A DNA stretch of 58,639 nt, from the NCBI GenBank assembly GCA_028708035.1, contig JAQVZU010000003.1, positions 1-58,639 on the forward strand. The letters are read 5' to 3'. Within the stretch, counting starts at the first letter, position 1. Each line of letters starts with the position of its first letter. The position numbers were made by a program, and so were the translations under genes. Positions 47,932 through 58,410 of this stretch are shown here, piece by piece. The DNA is from Alphaproteobacteria bacterium. Its GTDB lineage: Bacteria; Pseudomonadota; Alphaproteobacteria; UBA9219. The notes under the pieces were generated by a model. That model had not been told where the DNA came from. It saw nothing but the letters and a program-made list of their open reading frames with translations, and did no database searches.

Positions 47932-49002
47932 CTAAGCTGCCGCTTTCAGCTTCGCCTTCATCGCGTCCTGATAGAGGGAGGATCTGTGCCAAGCCGCCGC
48001 ATCGTTGATAATATCGTGGATGGACCGCGTCGGCTTCCACCCAAGAATCCTGTCGGCCTTGGAATTGCTCGCGACCAGAACGGCGGGATCGCCCTCGCGC
48101 CTTTGTGCTATTTTGGGCATAAAATCGGGTCTTCCAAGAACTTTGCGTGCCGCTGCCACAATTTCGGAGACCGAATAACCTTTGCCAGTACCAAGGTTGA
48201 ATATAGCCGTTTCTCCACCATCGAGCAGATAAACCAAAGCGCGCACGTGCCCGTCGATCAGATCAAGCACATGAATGTAATCGCGAACGGCCGTTCCGTC
48301 CGGCGTTGAATAATCGCTGCCATAAATGGCAAAGTCTTTTTCCATCCCAAGTGCGGAGAGAAAACTTTGAGGCATATCGGTCAAGGGCATCACAAGCCGT
48401 GGAATGAGATGCGTTTCAGGTAGGTGGGCCTCGCCGATTTGCGCCTCAAGAGGGGCTGCTCCTGCGACGTTGAAATACCGCAGAGTAACCGACCGCAGCC
48501 CGTCCGCATCCATCATTCGAAGATACGCTTCGGCCTCGAGCTTGGATTGGCCATAAGGATTGATGGGTTTCGTCGGATAAAGTTCCGAAACCGGTCCGCT
48601 GCCGCCGACGGTACTGTAAACGGAAGCCGTCTCGCCATAAACCGCCGCCGTGCTGGAGAACACGATCTTTTTGACGCCGCAAGAATTCAACGTTTTAAAG
48701 AAAATGGCCGCTTTGTCCCGATTGTTTTCGATGTACTTTGCCGGATTCCGGACGGACTCCGCCACATCGATAAAAGCAGCGAAATGCAGCGCAGCCACCG
48801 GCTTGTACTTTTCGCAAACTGAACAAATAAATTCCCTATCCCCAATATCCCCCTGTTCCAAAGGCCCAAACGACGCAGCCCAAGCGTTGCCGGTGGATAG
48901 ATTATCGACAACGACAGGATCGTAACCCTGTTGGCGGAGGACATAAGCGGCGTGGCTGCCGATATACCCGGCTCCGCCTGAGATGAGAATATGAGACGGC
49001 AT
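47932..49002 (-). CDS. galE: UDP-glucose 4-epimerase
   Basis: GGAGYIGSH, FSSTAAVYG, PINPYGQSK, LRYFNVAGA, DGTAVRDYIHV, RREGDPA. Confidence 0.94.
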   Translation of the reverse strand: MPSHILISGGAGYIGSHAAYVLRQQGYDPVVVDNLSTGNAWAASFGPLEQGDIGDREFICSVCEKYKPVAALHFAAFIDVAESVRNPAKYIENNRDKAAIFFKTLNSCGVKKIVFSSTAAVYGETASVYSTVGGSGPVSELYPTKPINPYGQSKLEAEAYLRMMDADGLRSVTLRYFNVAGAAPLEAQIGEAHLPETHLIPRLVMPLTDMPQSFLSALGMEKDFAIYGSDYSTPDGTAVRDYIHVLDLIDGHVRALVYLLDGGETAIFNLGTGKGYSVSEIVAAARKVLGRPDFMPKIAQRREGDPAVLVASNSKADRILGWKPTRSIHDIINDAAAWHRSSLYQDAMKAKLKAAA

Positions 49003-49139
49003 ACTGCCTACATTATAAAAACTCCGATTCGACGTCAAATCCTAAGGCTGCTTAATAGCCTGCTAAAAACACTTTTGGCTTGTTTGGCGATGTTCATAAT
49101 CGTTAACTAATTGGCTCTATACTTCAACGGCATAGTGTT

Positions 49140-49802
49140 ATGAGGATAAAGATGAAGAGATGTTTGCCCCCATCATTGAGCAAGCGCGGGTTTACGCTGA
49201 CGGAACTCTGCATAGTAATCGGCGTAATCGGGCTTTGCATGAGCGCGGTCTGGACGGTTGCGCGAAATATGCAGGAAAACGCGAAGCAGGCGGCGTTTGC
49301 CGAGCTTCTTCTGAACATTTCTCGCAATATTCGCGGGTATGCCTCGGGATTGATAGCGGTTCCGACGACTAACACAAACACCATTATGAGCACCTTTATG
49401 TCAAAGGGAGTCTTTCCCTCCTATGCCGTGCAGCAGGTTGGAGCGACATGGGTTATCGTCAGTCCTTTTGGCCGTTTTACCAATCCGCACTTGTCGAGCA
49501 GCAACCATAAGGGGCTCTATGCCTGCGGGTGGCTGGTCGATGGAGCGGGGGCCAACACGCACTGCAATTTTTCAGGGACAGTGACGACCAATGTTCCTCT
49601 TTTCGCCATCGAGGCCCTCATGCCCAGAAAATACTGCATTCCTGCCGCTATGCGGAATTCTCTTTCTGCCAGTTTGCCTGGGCTGGTGGCTATTTATATC
49701 AACGGGATCAAGCAGACTATGCCTCTCAACCTCAATTCGGCAGCAGCGGCTTGCAATAGGAATGTGAACTATGTTGACTGGGTTTTTCGCCCTAATTCCT
49801 AA
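49140..49802 (+). CDS. type IV pilin/pseudopilin-like protein
   Basis: KRG|FTLTELCIVIGVIGL class III signal peptide (Glu at +5); four C-terminal-half Cys. Confidence 0.8.
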   Translation: MRIKMKRCLPPSLSKRGFTLTELCIVIGVIGLCMSAVWTVARNMQENAKQAAFAELLLNISRNIRGYASGLIAVPTTNTNTIMSTFMSKGVFPSYAVQQVGATWVIVSPFGRFTNPHLSSSNHKGLYACGWLVDGAGANTHCNFSGTVTTNVPLFAIEALMPRKYCIPAAMRNSLSASLPGLVAIYINGIKQTMPLNLNSAAAACNRNVNYVDWVFRPNS

Positions 49803-49892
49803 CCGAATTTGGTAGAGGAAATTCCTTCAAGGACTTTATAATCTCTCAGGCTCTTGATAAAAAACATTCCGAAGATTTGGGAAAGCCAGAAT

Positions 49893-51239
49893 ATGATGAT
49901 TACGCCGCGTACCGCGTCAGGAACCTTGGAACTCCTTCCGCGCGAACAAAGAATATTCCAGCATATGTTCGACATTATCCGCCGGGGCTATGAACGCTTC
50001 GGCTTCACCCAGATTGAGACGCCGGTTTTCGAACTCAAAGACGTCCTTCTAACCAAATCGGGCGGCGAAACCGAAAAGCAGGTGTATTTCGTCCAATCGA
50101 CCGGAGGGCTTCAGCAGGGGCATGAAGCCGATCTCGCGTTGCGGTTCGATCTTACCGTACCCTTGGCGCGCTATGTCGCCGAGCATGAACGCGAGCTTGC
50201 GTTTCCGTTCCGGCGGTATCAAATGCAGCGCGTTTACAGGGGCGAGCGCGCGCAAAAAGGCCGCTTCAGGGAATTTTATCAATGCGACATCGACATCATC
50301 GGCAAGGACAAGCTTAGCCCCGCCTATGATGCCGAGCTTCCCGCAATTATCGTCCAGATTTTCGAGGAACTGAAAATCGGAGATTTCACCATCCGATTCA
50401 ATAACCGCAAAATTCTGCGCGGGCTTCTTTCGGGCTGGGGCGTCGTCGACGAGGAGGCGCAGAAGCTGATCCTGCGCGAAATCGACAAGCTTGCCAAGAT
50501 CGGTGCGGCGAAAGTGAAAGAAAACGTTACAGCGCTTGGCCTGTCCGACAAAGCGGCGGATGACTTGCTTAGACTTACGGGGCATGAAGGGTCGAAAGAC
50601 GAGATTCTTTCTGAACTGAAGGTCCTTCCCATCGACAATCCGGCATTCAGGCAGGGTGTCGAAGAAGTCGGGGCCATGATCGAGTCTCTCAGAGCGCTTG
50701 AAGTGCCTGAGAAACGCACGAGGTTCGATCTCTCGATTGCGCGTGGGCTTGATTACTATACGGGGACCGTCTACGAGACGACCATTGACGCGCACCCCGA
50801 GTTCGGCAGCGTTTGTTCAGGCGGACGCTATGATGACTTGGCGAGCCATTATACGCGCTCAAAGCTGCCGGGGGTCGGGATTTCCATCGGGCTTACGCGG
50901 TTATTCGACGCGCTGCGCACAAACAGTCTTTTGCCGTTGGCCAAGCCGTCGGTGGAGGTTCTTATTGCCCAGCTCGATCCAAGCCTGAGCATGGATTACC
51001 TGGCGCTTGCAACCGAGCTCCGCGGCGCAGGCTTGCGCGTGGAAAACTGGCTGGAGCCATCGAAACTCGACAAGCAGATCAAATACGCCGACAAGGCGGG
51101 CATTCCCATTGTTCTTTTGCTTGGCGGGGATGAGAAAGCCAAAGGTGCCGTGGTGGTAAAGGATATGATTGCCAAAACTCAGGCTGGGGTGCCTCGCGGT
51201 GAGTTGGTTCCAACAGTGCGCAGCATTCTGGGGGCGTAG
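49893..51239 (+). CDS. hisS: histidyl-tRNA synthetase
   Basis: LRFDLTVPLARY, YRGERAQKGRFREFYQCDID, ARGLDYYTG, GGRYD, GISIGLTR. Confidence 0.97.
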   Translation: MMITPRTASGTLELLPREQRIFQHMFDIIRRGYERFGFTQIETPVFELKDVLLTKSGGETEKQVYFVQSTGGLQQGHEADLALRFDLTVPLARYVAEHERELAFPFRRYQMQRVYRGERAQKGRFREFYQCDIDIIGKDKLSPAYDAELPAIIVQIFEELKIGDFTIRFNNRKILRGLLSGWGVVDEEAQKLILREIDKLAKIGAAKVKENVTALGLSDKAADDLLRLTGHEGSKDEILSELKVLPIDNPAFRQGVEEVGAMIESLRALEVPEKRTRFDLSIARGLDYYTGTVYETTIDAHPEFGSVCSGGRYDDLASHYTRSKLPGVGISIGLTRLFDALRTNSLLPLAKPSVEVLIAQLDPSLSMDYLALATELRGAGLRVENWLEPSKLDKQIKYADKAGIPIVLLLGGDEKAKGAVVVKDMIAKTQAGVPRGELVPTVRSILGA

Positions 51240-51290
51240 CTTAGAATGCGCGCTCAACAACCGAGACTGCCCCATCGCCGCCGCGCCGTA

Positions 51291-54200
51291 ATGCCACGGT
51301 ACGTTCCACGAAAAAAGTCCGTCCGAAGGGCTTTTAAGCTTTGTTTCTGGGCCGCATTTTTAAGCTTTTGCGTTGTCGCGGCTCTCTTGGGCTATGGGGA
51401 AATGCAGACCTCGGCTTTGCAGGCGCAGGCGTTTTCGTGGTATGATAAACAAATTGCATTCGAAATGAAGTCGGGGATGAACGAGCGTATGCGTTATCCC
51501 AAGGCGGGGCCTTATAACGAGAGGCTCGGATATGCCTATCTCCCCTTTTACACCAAGACCTTGCTTGCAAGCGATTTTACCGTGATAGAGCAGGCAAGGG
51601 CGTCGAAGGCTTATACCGATCTTGTCAGGCGCGGAATTTATCCGATCTACCATCCTAAGGCCTCGGCGGGGCTTTCACTTTTCGATAGTTCGGGCGAGCA
51701 GATCTACGTTGCTTCCTATCCCAATCACATCTTTCAGGATTTCAACAGCATTCCACCGCTACTCGTAAAGACTTTGCTTTACATTGAAAACCGAGAGGTT
51801 CTTCAGGACGGTTTCGCGACGCGAAATCCCGTGATCGAATGGAACCGGTTGTTTGCGGCAGTGCTCGGACAGCTTACGGGGCAGAACGAAGGCGGAGGAA
51901 GCACGCTCGCGACCCAGATTGAGAAGTTTCGCTTTTCGCCGCAGGGAAAAACCGGTAGCGCGCTTGAAAAGCTGAGGCAAATCGCATCGGCGTCGTTCAG
52001 GGTTTATCTTGACGGGCCTGACACGCGGGCGGCGCGCAAGAAAATCGTTCTCGATTACCTCAACAACACGCCACTTCTGGCAAGGCCGGGGTTCGGCGAA
52101 ATCAACAGCATCGGCGACGGCCTTTGGGCTTGGTTCGGGCTTGATCTTAAGGACGCATCGGAGGCGCTGAACGCGGATGAGGCGAACCCCGAGTTCTTAG
52201 CCAAAAAGGCATCTGTATACAGATCGGTTCTAGGGCTTATTCTGGCGCAGCGCAGGCCGAGTTTTTATCTTCAGACAAACCATGCGGCGCTGGAAGAGCT
52301 AATCGACGCCACCTTGGACCGTCTGATGTGGGCGGGGGTGATCTCGCTGCCTCTTCGCGACACGGCGCGGGAGGCAAGGCTTCAGTTCCTTAAGGAGGCT
52401 CCCGAATATCCCCAGCCTCCTTATATCGAGCAAAAGGCGGTCAATGCATTTCGCACGCATCTGATGAATCTGCTGGGACTCAAGAATCTTTACGAGATCG
52501 ACCGGCTTGACCTTTCGGGCCATACGACCATTTTGCGCGAGGCTCAGGCGAAGCTTGTTGATTTTCTCAAGCATATGGGCGAGAGGGAATTTCTGGAGCA
52601 GAACGGGCTTTACGGATTCCGGCTTCTCAAGCCCGAAAACGATCCGGCCAAGATTAAGTGGAGCGTCGTCCTTTACGAGCGAGGCGAGCGCAGCAACAAG
52701 CTTCGGCTTCAGGCCGACAACATCGACGGTCCTTTTGACATGAACGAGGGAATGAAGCTCGATCTTGGCTCGACGGCAAAGCTTCGCACGCTTGTGACAT
52801 ATCTTGAAATCATCGCGGAGCTTCACAGGCGGTACGCTGGGCTTGATTCGGACGACATCGCCGATCTTAAGGAAGAGGCTCCGGACAGGCTAACCGCTTG
52901 GGCGCTCGATTATCTTGGCGCGCATCCGGAATCCGATCTCGACGCGATGCTCAAGGCGTCCTTGGACCGCAGGTATTCCGCAAGTCCCGCTGAAGTGTTC
53001 TTTACAGGCAGTGGCGAGCACACTTTCCATAATTTCGAAAAAGAAGAAGACTCTCGCGTCATGGATCTGCATGAAGGATTCCGTCATTCGGTCAACCTTG
53101 TTTTCATCCGGCTGATGCGCGACATCGTGACTTACACCATTGCGCAGGAGCCTTTGACCAAGGACGAACTTCTTAACGATGACGAGAACCCGGCGCGGCA
53201 GGACTATCTCGAACGCTTCGCCGACGAAGAGGGGAAGATCTACCTCAACCGCTACATCTCGGACTTCAACAATCTCACGCAAAATCAACGCATCGAGAAG
53301 CTTTTGGCTCACGCGCACAAGGGTGCGGTGGCAAGAACAGTCGTGTTCCGCTCGCTTGTTCCGGAGGCGGATTACGCCAATTATACCGCGTTTATGAATC
53401 AGCAGAATGCGCTGCCGCAAATTCCGGAAGCGCGGTTGCGCAAGCTTTACGACCAATACGCAGTCAACAAGTTTTCGCTTGAAGACCGAGCTTATCTTTC
53501 AGGCGTCAATCCCATGGAGCTTTGGCTTGTCGCTTACTGGCGCAAAAATCCAAAAGCCACGACGCGCCAACTTGTAGAGGCCAGTCGACCTGTTCGTATC
53601 GAAAGCTACGCGTGGCTCTATAAGTCCAGTACGCGCGCGCAAAACACGCGCATTCGCATTATTCTTGAAGAAGATGCGTTTGCGCGAATTCAGAAGCGCT
53701 GGAAGCGGCTTGGATATCCATTCGACAGGCTTGTGCCGAGCTTCGCCACGGCCATCGGCAGTTCCGCGGACAGACCGGGAGCGCTGGCGGAACTCGTGGG
53801 TATTATTCTTAATGACGGCAAGAGGTTGCCGGTACAGCGGTTTGAGTCGCTAGAGTTCGGCAAGGACACGCCTTACCAAACGCTTTTCAAGCTAGATCCT
53901 GACCGCCAGCCGCAGGAAGTTATGGCTCCCGAAGTGGCCCACGTCATGAAAGACATTATGGCCGAGGTGGTTCAAAACGGGACCGCGCAACGGCTAAAGG
54001 GCATATACAAGGATGAAACAGGCGGGGAAATTCCCGTGGGAGGAAAAACCGGAACCGGCGATCATCGCTATGATGAGTACGGAGCCGGGGGGCGGCTTAT
54101 TTCGTCGCGGGTCGTCAACCGGACGGGAACATTTGTGTTTTATATCGGCGATCGCTTTTTTGGCACAATCACCGCGCATGTTGCGGGCGAAGACGCCGAG

Positions 54201-54311
54201 AGCTATGTTTTCACCAGCGCTCTTTCCGCGCAAATGTTAAAAGCTTTGGCCCCCATTCTTAATCCAGTTGTCGCTGCGGCGACAGGAGTTGCACAAACGA
54301 CAAATCCATGA
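51291..54311 (+). CDS. large bifunctional transglycosylase/transpeptidase (atypical class A PBP)
   Basis: N-terminal TM; TG motifs IENRE and GGSTLATQIEK; TP motifs STAK, SVN, KTGTG; start 51291 or 51246. Confidence 0.85.
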   Translation: MPRYVPRKKSVRRAFKLCFWAAFLSFCVVAALLGYGEMQTSALQAQAFSWYDKQIAFEMKSGMNERMRYPKAGPYNERLGYAYLPFYTKTLLASDFTVIEQARASKAYTDLVRRGIYPIYHPKASAGLSLFDSSGEQIYVASYPNHIFQDFNSIPPLLVKTLLYIENREVLQDGFATRNPVIEWNRLFAAVLGQLTGQNEGGGSTLATQIEKFRFSPQGKTGSALEKLRQIASASFRVYLDGPDTRAARKKIVLDYLNNTPLLARPGFGEINSIGDGLWAWFGLDLKDASEALNADEANPEFLAKKASVYRSVLGLILAQRRPSFYLQTNHAALEELIDATLDRLMWAGVISLPLRDTAREARLQFLKEAPEYPQPPYIEQKAVNAFRTHLMNLLGLKNLYEIDRLDLSGHTTILREAQAKLVDFLKHMGEREFLEQNGLYGFRLLKPENDPAKIKWSVVLYERGERSNKLRLQADNIDGPFDMNEGMKLDLGSTAKLRTLVTYLEIIAELHRRYAGLDSDDIADLKEEAPDRLTAWALDYLGAHPESDLDAMLKASLDRRYSASPAEVFFTGSGEHTFHNFEKEEDSRVMDLHEGFRHSVNLVFIRLMRDIVTYTIAQEPLTKDELLNDDENPARQDYLERFADEEGKIYLNRYISDFNNLTQNQRIEKLLAHAHKGAVARTVVFRSLVPEADYANYTAFMNQQNALPQIPEARLRKLYDQYAVNKFSLEDRAYLSGVNPMELWLVAYWRKNPKATTRQLVEASRPVRIESYAWLYKSSTRAQNTRIRIILEEDAFARIQKRWKRLGYPFDRLVPSFATAIGSSADRPGALAELVGIILNDGKRLPVQRFESLEFGKDTPYQTLFKLDPDRQPQEVMAPEVAHVMKDIMAEVVQNGTAQRLKGIYKDETGGEIPVGGKTGTGDHRYDEYGAGGRLISSRVVNRTGTFVFYIGDRFFGTITAHVAGEDAESYVFTSALSAQMLKALAPILNPVVAAATGVAQTTNP

Positions 54312-55039
54312 CGTTACAACCTTTCATATATTCTCGCGGCCATTTGCGAGGGAGGGGGAGTTCCGCAATCCGCATTGCTGTAGCGCTTTTTCTTTTTGCA
54401 CCGTCCATTGCCATCGCCAAGGAGAAAGATCTTGGGACTTTTGGCGTTTGGCGCGCTTTCTCGAACGAAGAGGGCGGACAGAACATTTGTTACATGTCCA
54501 CAGTCAAGACGAAAGGCGTTGGAAAAAATCAACGCGTTCGCTATCTGATGGTCACTCATCGTCCCGTCGAAGGAAGCAGCGATGTTTTCAGCTTTGGCGC
54601 AGGAGTGCCTTTGGACTCCAAACATGGGGTTACGTTAAAGATCGGCAACGATAGCTTCGATCTTTTCGCCGCTCGCGATACCGCGTGGGCGCGCGAGGCC
54701 ATGACCGATCACAAAATTTCAGTAGCATTGAGGTCCGGCAAAGCCGCCGAGATTTCAGCCATTGCGGCCCAAAGCAAGATCACGACCCTGACAGAACAGT
54801 TTCCTTTAACCGGAGCGACGGAAGCTTATGCCGCAATCAACAAAGCTTGCGGGCTCCCAATTCTCGAGATCGCAAAGAAGCCGCCTAAAAAGACCGAGGC
54901 GAAAAAAATAGCCCCAAAAAAACCGAAAGCCGTTTTATCAAAAAAGAATGCCTCTGCATCCGCTAAAAAAGAATCCAAAACAACCGAGAAAAAAACCTTA
55001 TCCAAAAAGAAACTCCCCAAACCCTCAGCCGCCCGTTAA
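54308..55039 (+). CDS. invasion-associated locus B (IalB)-like protein with Lys-rich tail
   Basis: LGTFGVWRAF..ICYM, YLMVTHRP, F.LF...DTAW, F.L.G...AY..I..AC; start uncertain. Confidence 0.75.
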   Translation: MTLQPFIYSRGHLRGRGSSAIRIAVALFLFAPSIAIAKEKDLGTFGVWRAFSNEEGGQNICYMSTVKTKGVGKNQRVRYLMVTHRPVEGSSDVFSFGAGVPLDSKHGVTLKIGNDSFDLFAARDTAWAREAMTDHKISVALRSGKAAEISAIAAQSKITTLTEQFPLTGATEAYAAINKACGLPILEIAKKPPKKTEAKKIAPKKPKAVLSKKNASASAKKESKTTEKKTLSKKKLPKPSAAR

Positions 55040-55081
55040 AAACATCATCTTGTTCACATACGGGGGCATCCCGTTTGGTCC

Positions 55082-55765
55082 ATGCTCAGTTTAGAGGAAA
55101 TTATGCCTGAAGAATCTCCGATTAGTGTCCATGTTGTCCGCGTAACTCAGTTCGCACAGAATTGCATGTTGATTGTTTGTAATAAAACGAAGAAATGTGC
55201 GGTGGTTGATCCCGGCGGCGATGTGGAGCGCATCATGGACGAAGCCCGCAAGTACGGCGTAAGGATTGAAAAAATATGGATCTCGCATGGTCATCTCGAT
55301 CATGGCGGAGGAGCAAAAGAGCTTAAGGCCTTCACGGCGGCTCCTATAGAAGGTCCGGCTATCGAAGATGCGTTATGGGTCTCGTCCATTCCTCAAAACG
55401 CAAGGCAATGCGGTATGACGGGCATGGACAGCTTTGTTCCGGATCGATGGCTCAAGGATGGCGACACAGTCGAGATTGGCGAAACGACATGGCAAGTCAT
55501 TCATTGTCCCGGTCACACGCCAGGACATGTAGTTTTTTATAATAAAGAAGCCAACTTTGCTGCCGTGGGGGACGTATTGTTCAAGAACTCAATAGGCCGT
55601 GCCGACTTGATGGGCAGCGACCCTAAAGCGTTGATCCGTTCAATTACGCAGAAGCTATGGCCTCTTGGCGATGTCTCCTTTATCCCTGGCCATGGCTCAG
55701 CTTCGTCCTTTGGCGCCGAGCGCCAGCACAATCCTTACGTTTCCGATGCGGTTTTATCGCGCTGA
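55082..55765 (+). CDS. MBL-fold metallo-hydrolase (YcbL/GloB-like)
   Basis: VVDPGG, SHGHLDHGGG, HCPGHTPGH, GDVLF..SIGR, FIPGHG. Confidence 0.93.
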   Translation: MLSLEEIMPEESPISVHVVRVTQFAQNCMLIVCNKTKKCAVVDPGGDVERIMDEARKYGVRIEKIWISHGHLDHGGGAKELKAFTAAPIEGPAIEDALWVSSIPQNARQCGMTGMDSFVPDRWLKDGDTVEIGETTWQVIHCPGHTPGHVVFYNKEANFAAVGDVLFKNSIGRADLMGSDPKALIRSITQKLWPLGDVSFIPGHGSASSFGAERQHNPYVSDAVLSR

Positions 55766-57817
55766 TGAGGTTATGGGCTTATATCCCAAGTCGCTCGCAA
55801 TCATAAGGGGTGATCGACCGCCAGCCAGCTTTGCGCGATAGACCTGGATGCTTTCAATGATACGTTGAACATAATTGCGCGTTTCAGAAATAGGAATCAT
55901 TTCGATCCAGTCAATCGGATCCACATTAGAGGTGCGTGGATCGCCAAATTCTTCGATCCATTCTCGCACGCGTCCCGGTCCTGCATTATAACCCGCGAGA
56001 GCTAAAATGTACGATCCGTCAAACCGCTCAATCTGTTGCGAAGCGAAACCCGTCCCAAGTTGAAGATTATAGGATGGTTCACCAAGCCGCGCTTCGCTAT
56101 ACGTAAGGCCCACTTTCCGGCACATATCCTTGGCCGTGCGCGGCATAAGCTGCATCAGCCCGCGAGCCCCCGCGCTGCTCGTGGCATCCGGCTTGAACAT
56201 GCTTTCCTGGCGGATCATTGCATGAGTAAAGGCGGCCTCGGGGGGCGAGGGAACATGAATCGTAATCAGCGGGAATCCCCCATTATGCACGAGGAAGTTT
56301 TTTTGGTGCGCAGCCTTCACTGCTTGAATTCCCAGATCTGGCCTGCGAAGCTGTCCCGCGACCTCGGCCAGAAGAACAAACTCGGCGCGTTTCGAAGCGC
56401 GTTCTGCCGAAGCCCTGAAAAAAGCATTGGCGCGGTCATACTCGCCAATGGCATGCAAGCGAACGATGGCGCGGATCTGATCGCGCGCGAAAAATGACTT
56501 GCGCACGGCGTCGGGGATCGGCGGATCGGATTTGACAGCCAAAACTGGCGAAGCGAAAATCCGCGTTGCGGCCAATTGCCCATAAAACGTGGTGTTGAAG
56601 ACCGAAGCGTCTTCGTATGCCTGCTCGGCGTCAACCTTGTCTCCCAGAACCTCATATGTGCGCCCGAGCCAGTAAGCGCCGCGTGCCCTGGAAACAGGCG
56701 TTGACGCCGTGGTATAGAGAGCTTGGAAATGCCTGATCGCAGCTTCAGGCTTGTTAAGAAACCGCAGCGCCAGCCACCCGCTGAGAAATTCCGCCTGTGC
56801 GACGGTTTTCGGAGTGGCTTGTCCGTGCAGCGACGCAAGCCGATAGGCAAGGGCGAAGTCCTTTCGTTCAATCGCGCGGCGAACCACGATAGCGCGTTGC
56901 TCCCACCACGCCTCGGGGTGGCCGAGATCGGAAGGAGGGTTGAGGAGAAGCTCTTCGGCGTTATCGTCGCGATTGTTTTTGACGTCCCAGCGAAGACGTT
57001 GATAAAGAAGGCCCGGATCGTTGCGTGCGTCCGTTCCGATCCGGCTCGACCAAGCGGCTGCGTTGCCGTCGCCCGAGGCGAGCGAAATCCGGGCGTCCAA
57101 CAGGGTTTTATCGGTTTCTCCGAGATACGGAGCCATGCGCCGCGCTTCGGAAAAATCGTTGCGCCACAGAAGCCTGTCCGTGCGTTCCCACATGTCGCTT
57201 GCAGAAAGCCACCCGCCGAAACGCGCATAAAAGGCTGTTTGCTCGTCCACCGTCAGGTCGTCTTTGATCCAGCGCGCCCGCACGGCATTCTGAGCCTTCG
57301 TGGACATACCTAACTGATTCAGAGCGTCCACATAACGATAAAAACCGGCAAGCGTCAGAGGGGGATGCTCCGAAAAATATGCCAAAAGCTGCGATGCAGG
57401 CATGTTTGACGGAAGCTTCTGCTCCGCGATCATCTGAATGCCCTTAAGCCCCGGCCATGACGGATTTTCGGAAATGAAAATGTTAAGCTGATCGAAGCTA
57501 TAGTCGTTGCCCGGCAGAGCCATGATGTATCCGCGCAAAACTTTGTTTAAAACGCGATCAGGTCCCTTATCGACAAGAGCCTCGGCAAGGTCAGTCTTCC
57601 CCTCGTTTACAACGGCAAAAGCGCGCCGATACCATGCTGCGGTCCCGTCCTGAGGCTTGGTAATTTTTGCGGTTTTATGCTTTGCCGGGGAGGCCTTTCG
57701 GACAACTTTTGTGGCTTTAGCGGTGGCCTGACGGGCAGGGGAGGAATGCTTGGGCGCGGCAAAAGCAGGAGCGGCGGCAAAAAGCAAACAAATCAGCAAC
57801 AGGGCAAAACGGCGCAT
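55754..57817 (-). CDS. slt: soluble lytic murein transglycosylase (Slt-type)
   Basis: Signal peptide, superhelical region, RQES, GARGLMQLMP, AGYNAGPG, ETRNYVQR. Confidence 0.92.
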   Translation of the reverse strand: MRRFALLLICLLFAAAPAFAAPKHSSPARQATAKATKVVRKASPAKHKTAKITKPQDGTAAWYRRAFAVVNEGKTDLAEALVDKGPDRVLNKVLRGYIMALPGNDYSFDQLNIFISENPSWPGLKGIQMIAEQKLPSNMPASQLLAYFSEHPPLTLAGFYRYVDALNQLGMSTKAQNAVRARWIKDDLTVDEQTAFYARFGGWLSASDMWERTDRLLWRNDFSEARRMAPYLGETDKTLLDARISLASGDGNAAAWSSRIGTDARNDPGLLYQRLRWDVKNNRDDNAEELLLNPPSDLGHPEAWWEQRAIVVRRAIERKDFALAYRLASLHGQATPKTVAQAEFLSGWLALRFLNKPEAAIRHFQALYTTASTPVSRARGAYWLGRTYEVLGDKVDAEQAYEDASVFNTTFYGQLAATRIFASPVLAVKSDPPIPDAVRKSFFARDQIRAIVRLHAIGEYDRANAFFRASAERASKRAEFVLLAEVAGQLRRPDLGIQAVKAAHQKNFLVHNGGFPLITIHVPSPPEAAFTHAMIRQESMFKPDATSSAGARGLMQLMPRTAKDMCRKVGLTYSEARLGEPSYNLQLGTGFASQQIERFDGSYILALAGYNAGPGRVREWIEEFGDPRTSNVDPIDWIEMIPISETRNYVQRIIESIQVYRAKLAGGRSPLMIASDLGYKPITSSAR

Positions 57818-57924
57818 ATCGGCAGGTAACTCGGTTTAGATCTTGGTCAACAGCAACACCTTCACCTTTGCCTTAACAGATTCATCGATGGACGCCAACC
57901 CTTCTCTCGGGTAGATAAAGGCTT

Positions 57925-58410
57925 ATGGCTACGAAGGCAGAAGAACGCGCTCTGGCGCAGAAATACGTGTCGCTTAACCGGCGGGCGCGCCACGACTATT
58001 TTATCACCTCGACGGTCGAGGCGGGCCTTGTGCTGTCCGGGACCGAGGTCAAATCGCTGCGCACGGGACAGGCCAGCATCCAGGAATCCTTTGCAACGCC
58101 CAAGGACGGTGCGATTTATCTGCTTAATGCTTATATCCCGGAATACAAGCAAGCAGGAACGCACCTCCAACACGAAACGCGCCGTCCGCGCCAGCTCTTA
58201 CTGCATAAGAGAGAGATCAATAAAATGCTGGGCGCGGTCAAGCGCGAGGGCATGACCTTGGTGCCACTCGGGATCTACTTCAATAAGCGCGGCATTGCCA
58301 AAATCGAAATAGGCCTTGCAAAAGGCAAGCAGCAGCACGACAAGCGCGCAGCGATCAAGCAGCGCGAATGGGAACGCGACAAGGCGCGCATTATGAGAGA
58401 TAAGGGCTAA
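57925..58410 (+). CDS. smpB: SsrA-binding protein
   Basis: [41 protein letters not shown]. Confidence 0.98.
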   Translation: MATKAEERALAQKYVSLNRRARHDYFITSTVEAGLVLSGTEVKSLRTGQASIQESFATPKDGAIYLLNAYIPEYKQAGTHLQHETRRPRQLLLHKREINKMLGAVKREGMTLVPLGIYFNKRGIAKIEIGLAKGKQQHDKRAAIKQREWERDKARIMRDKG

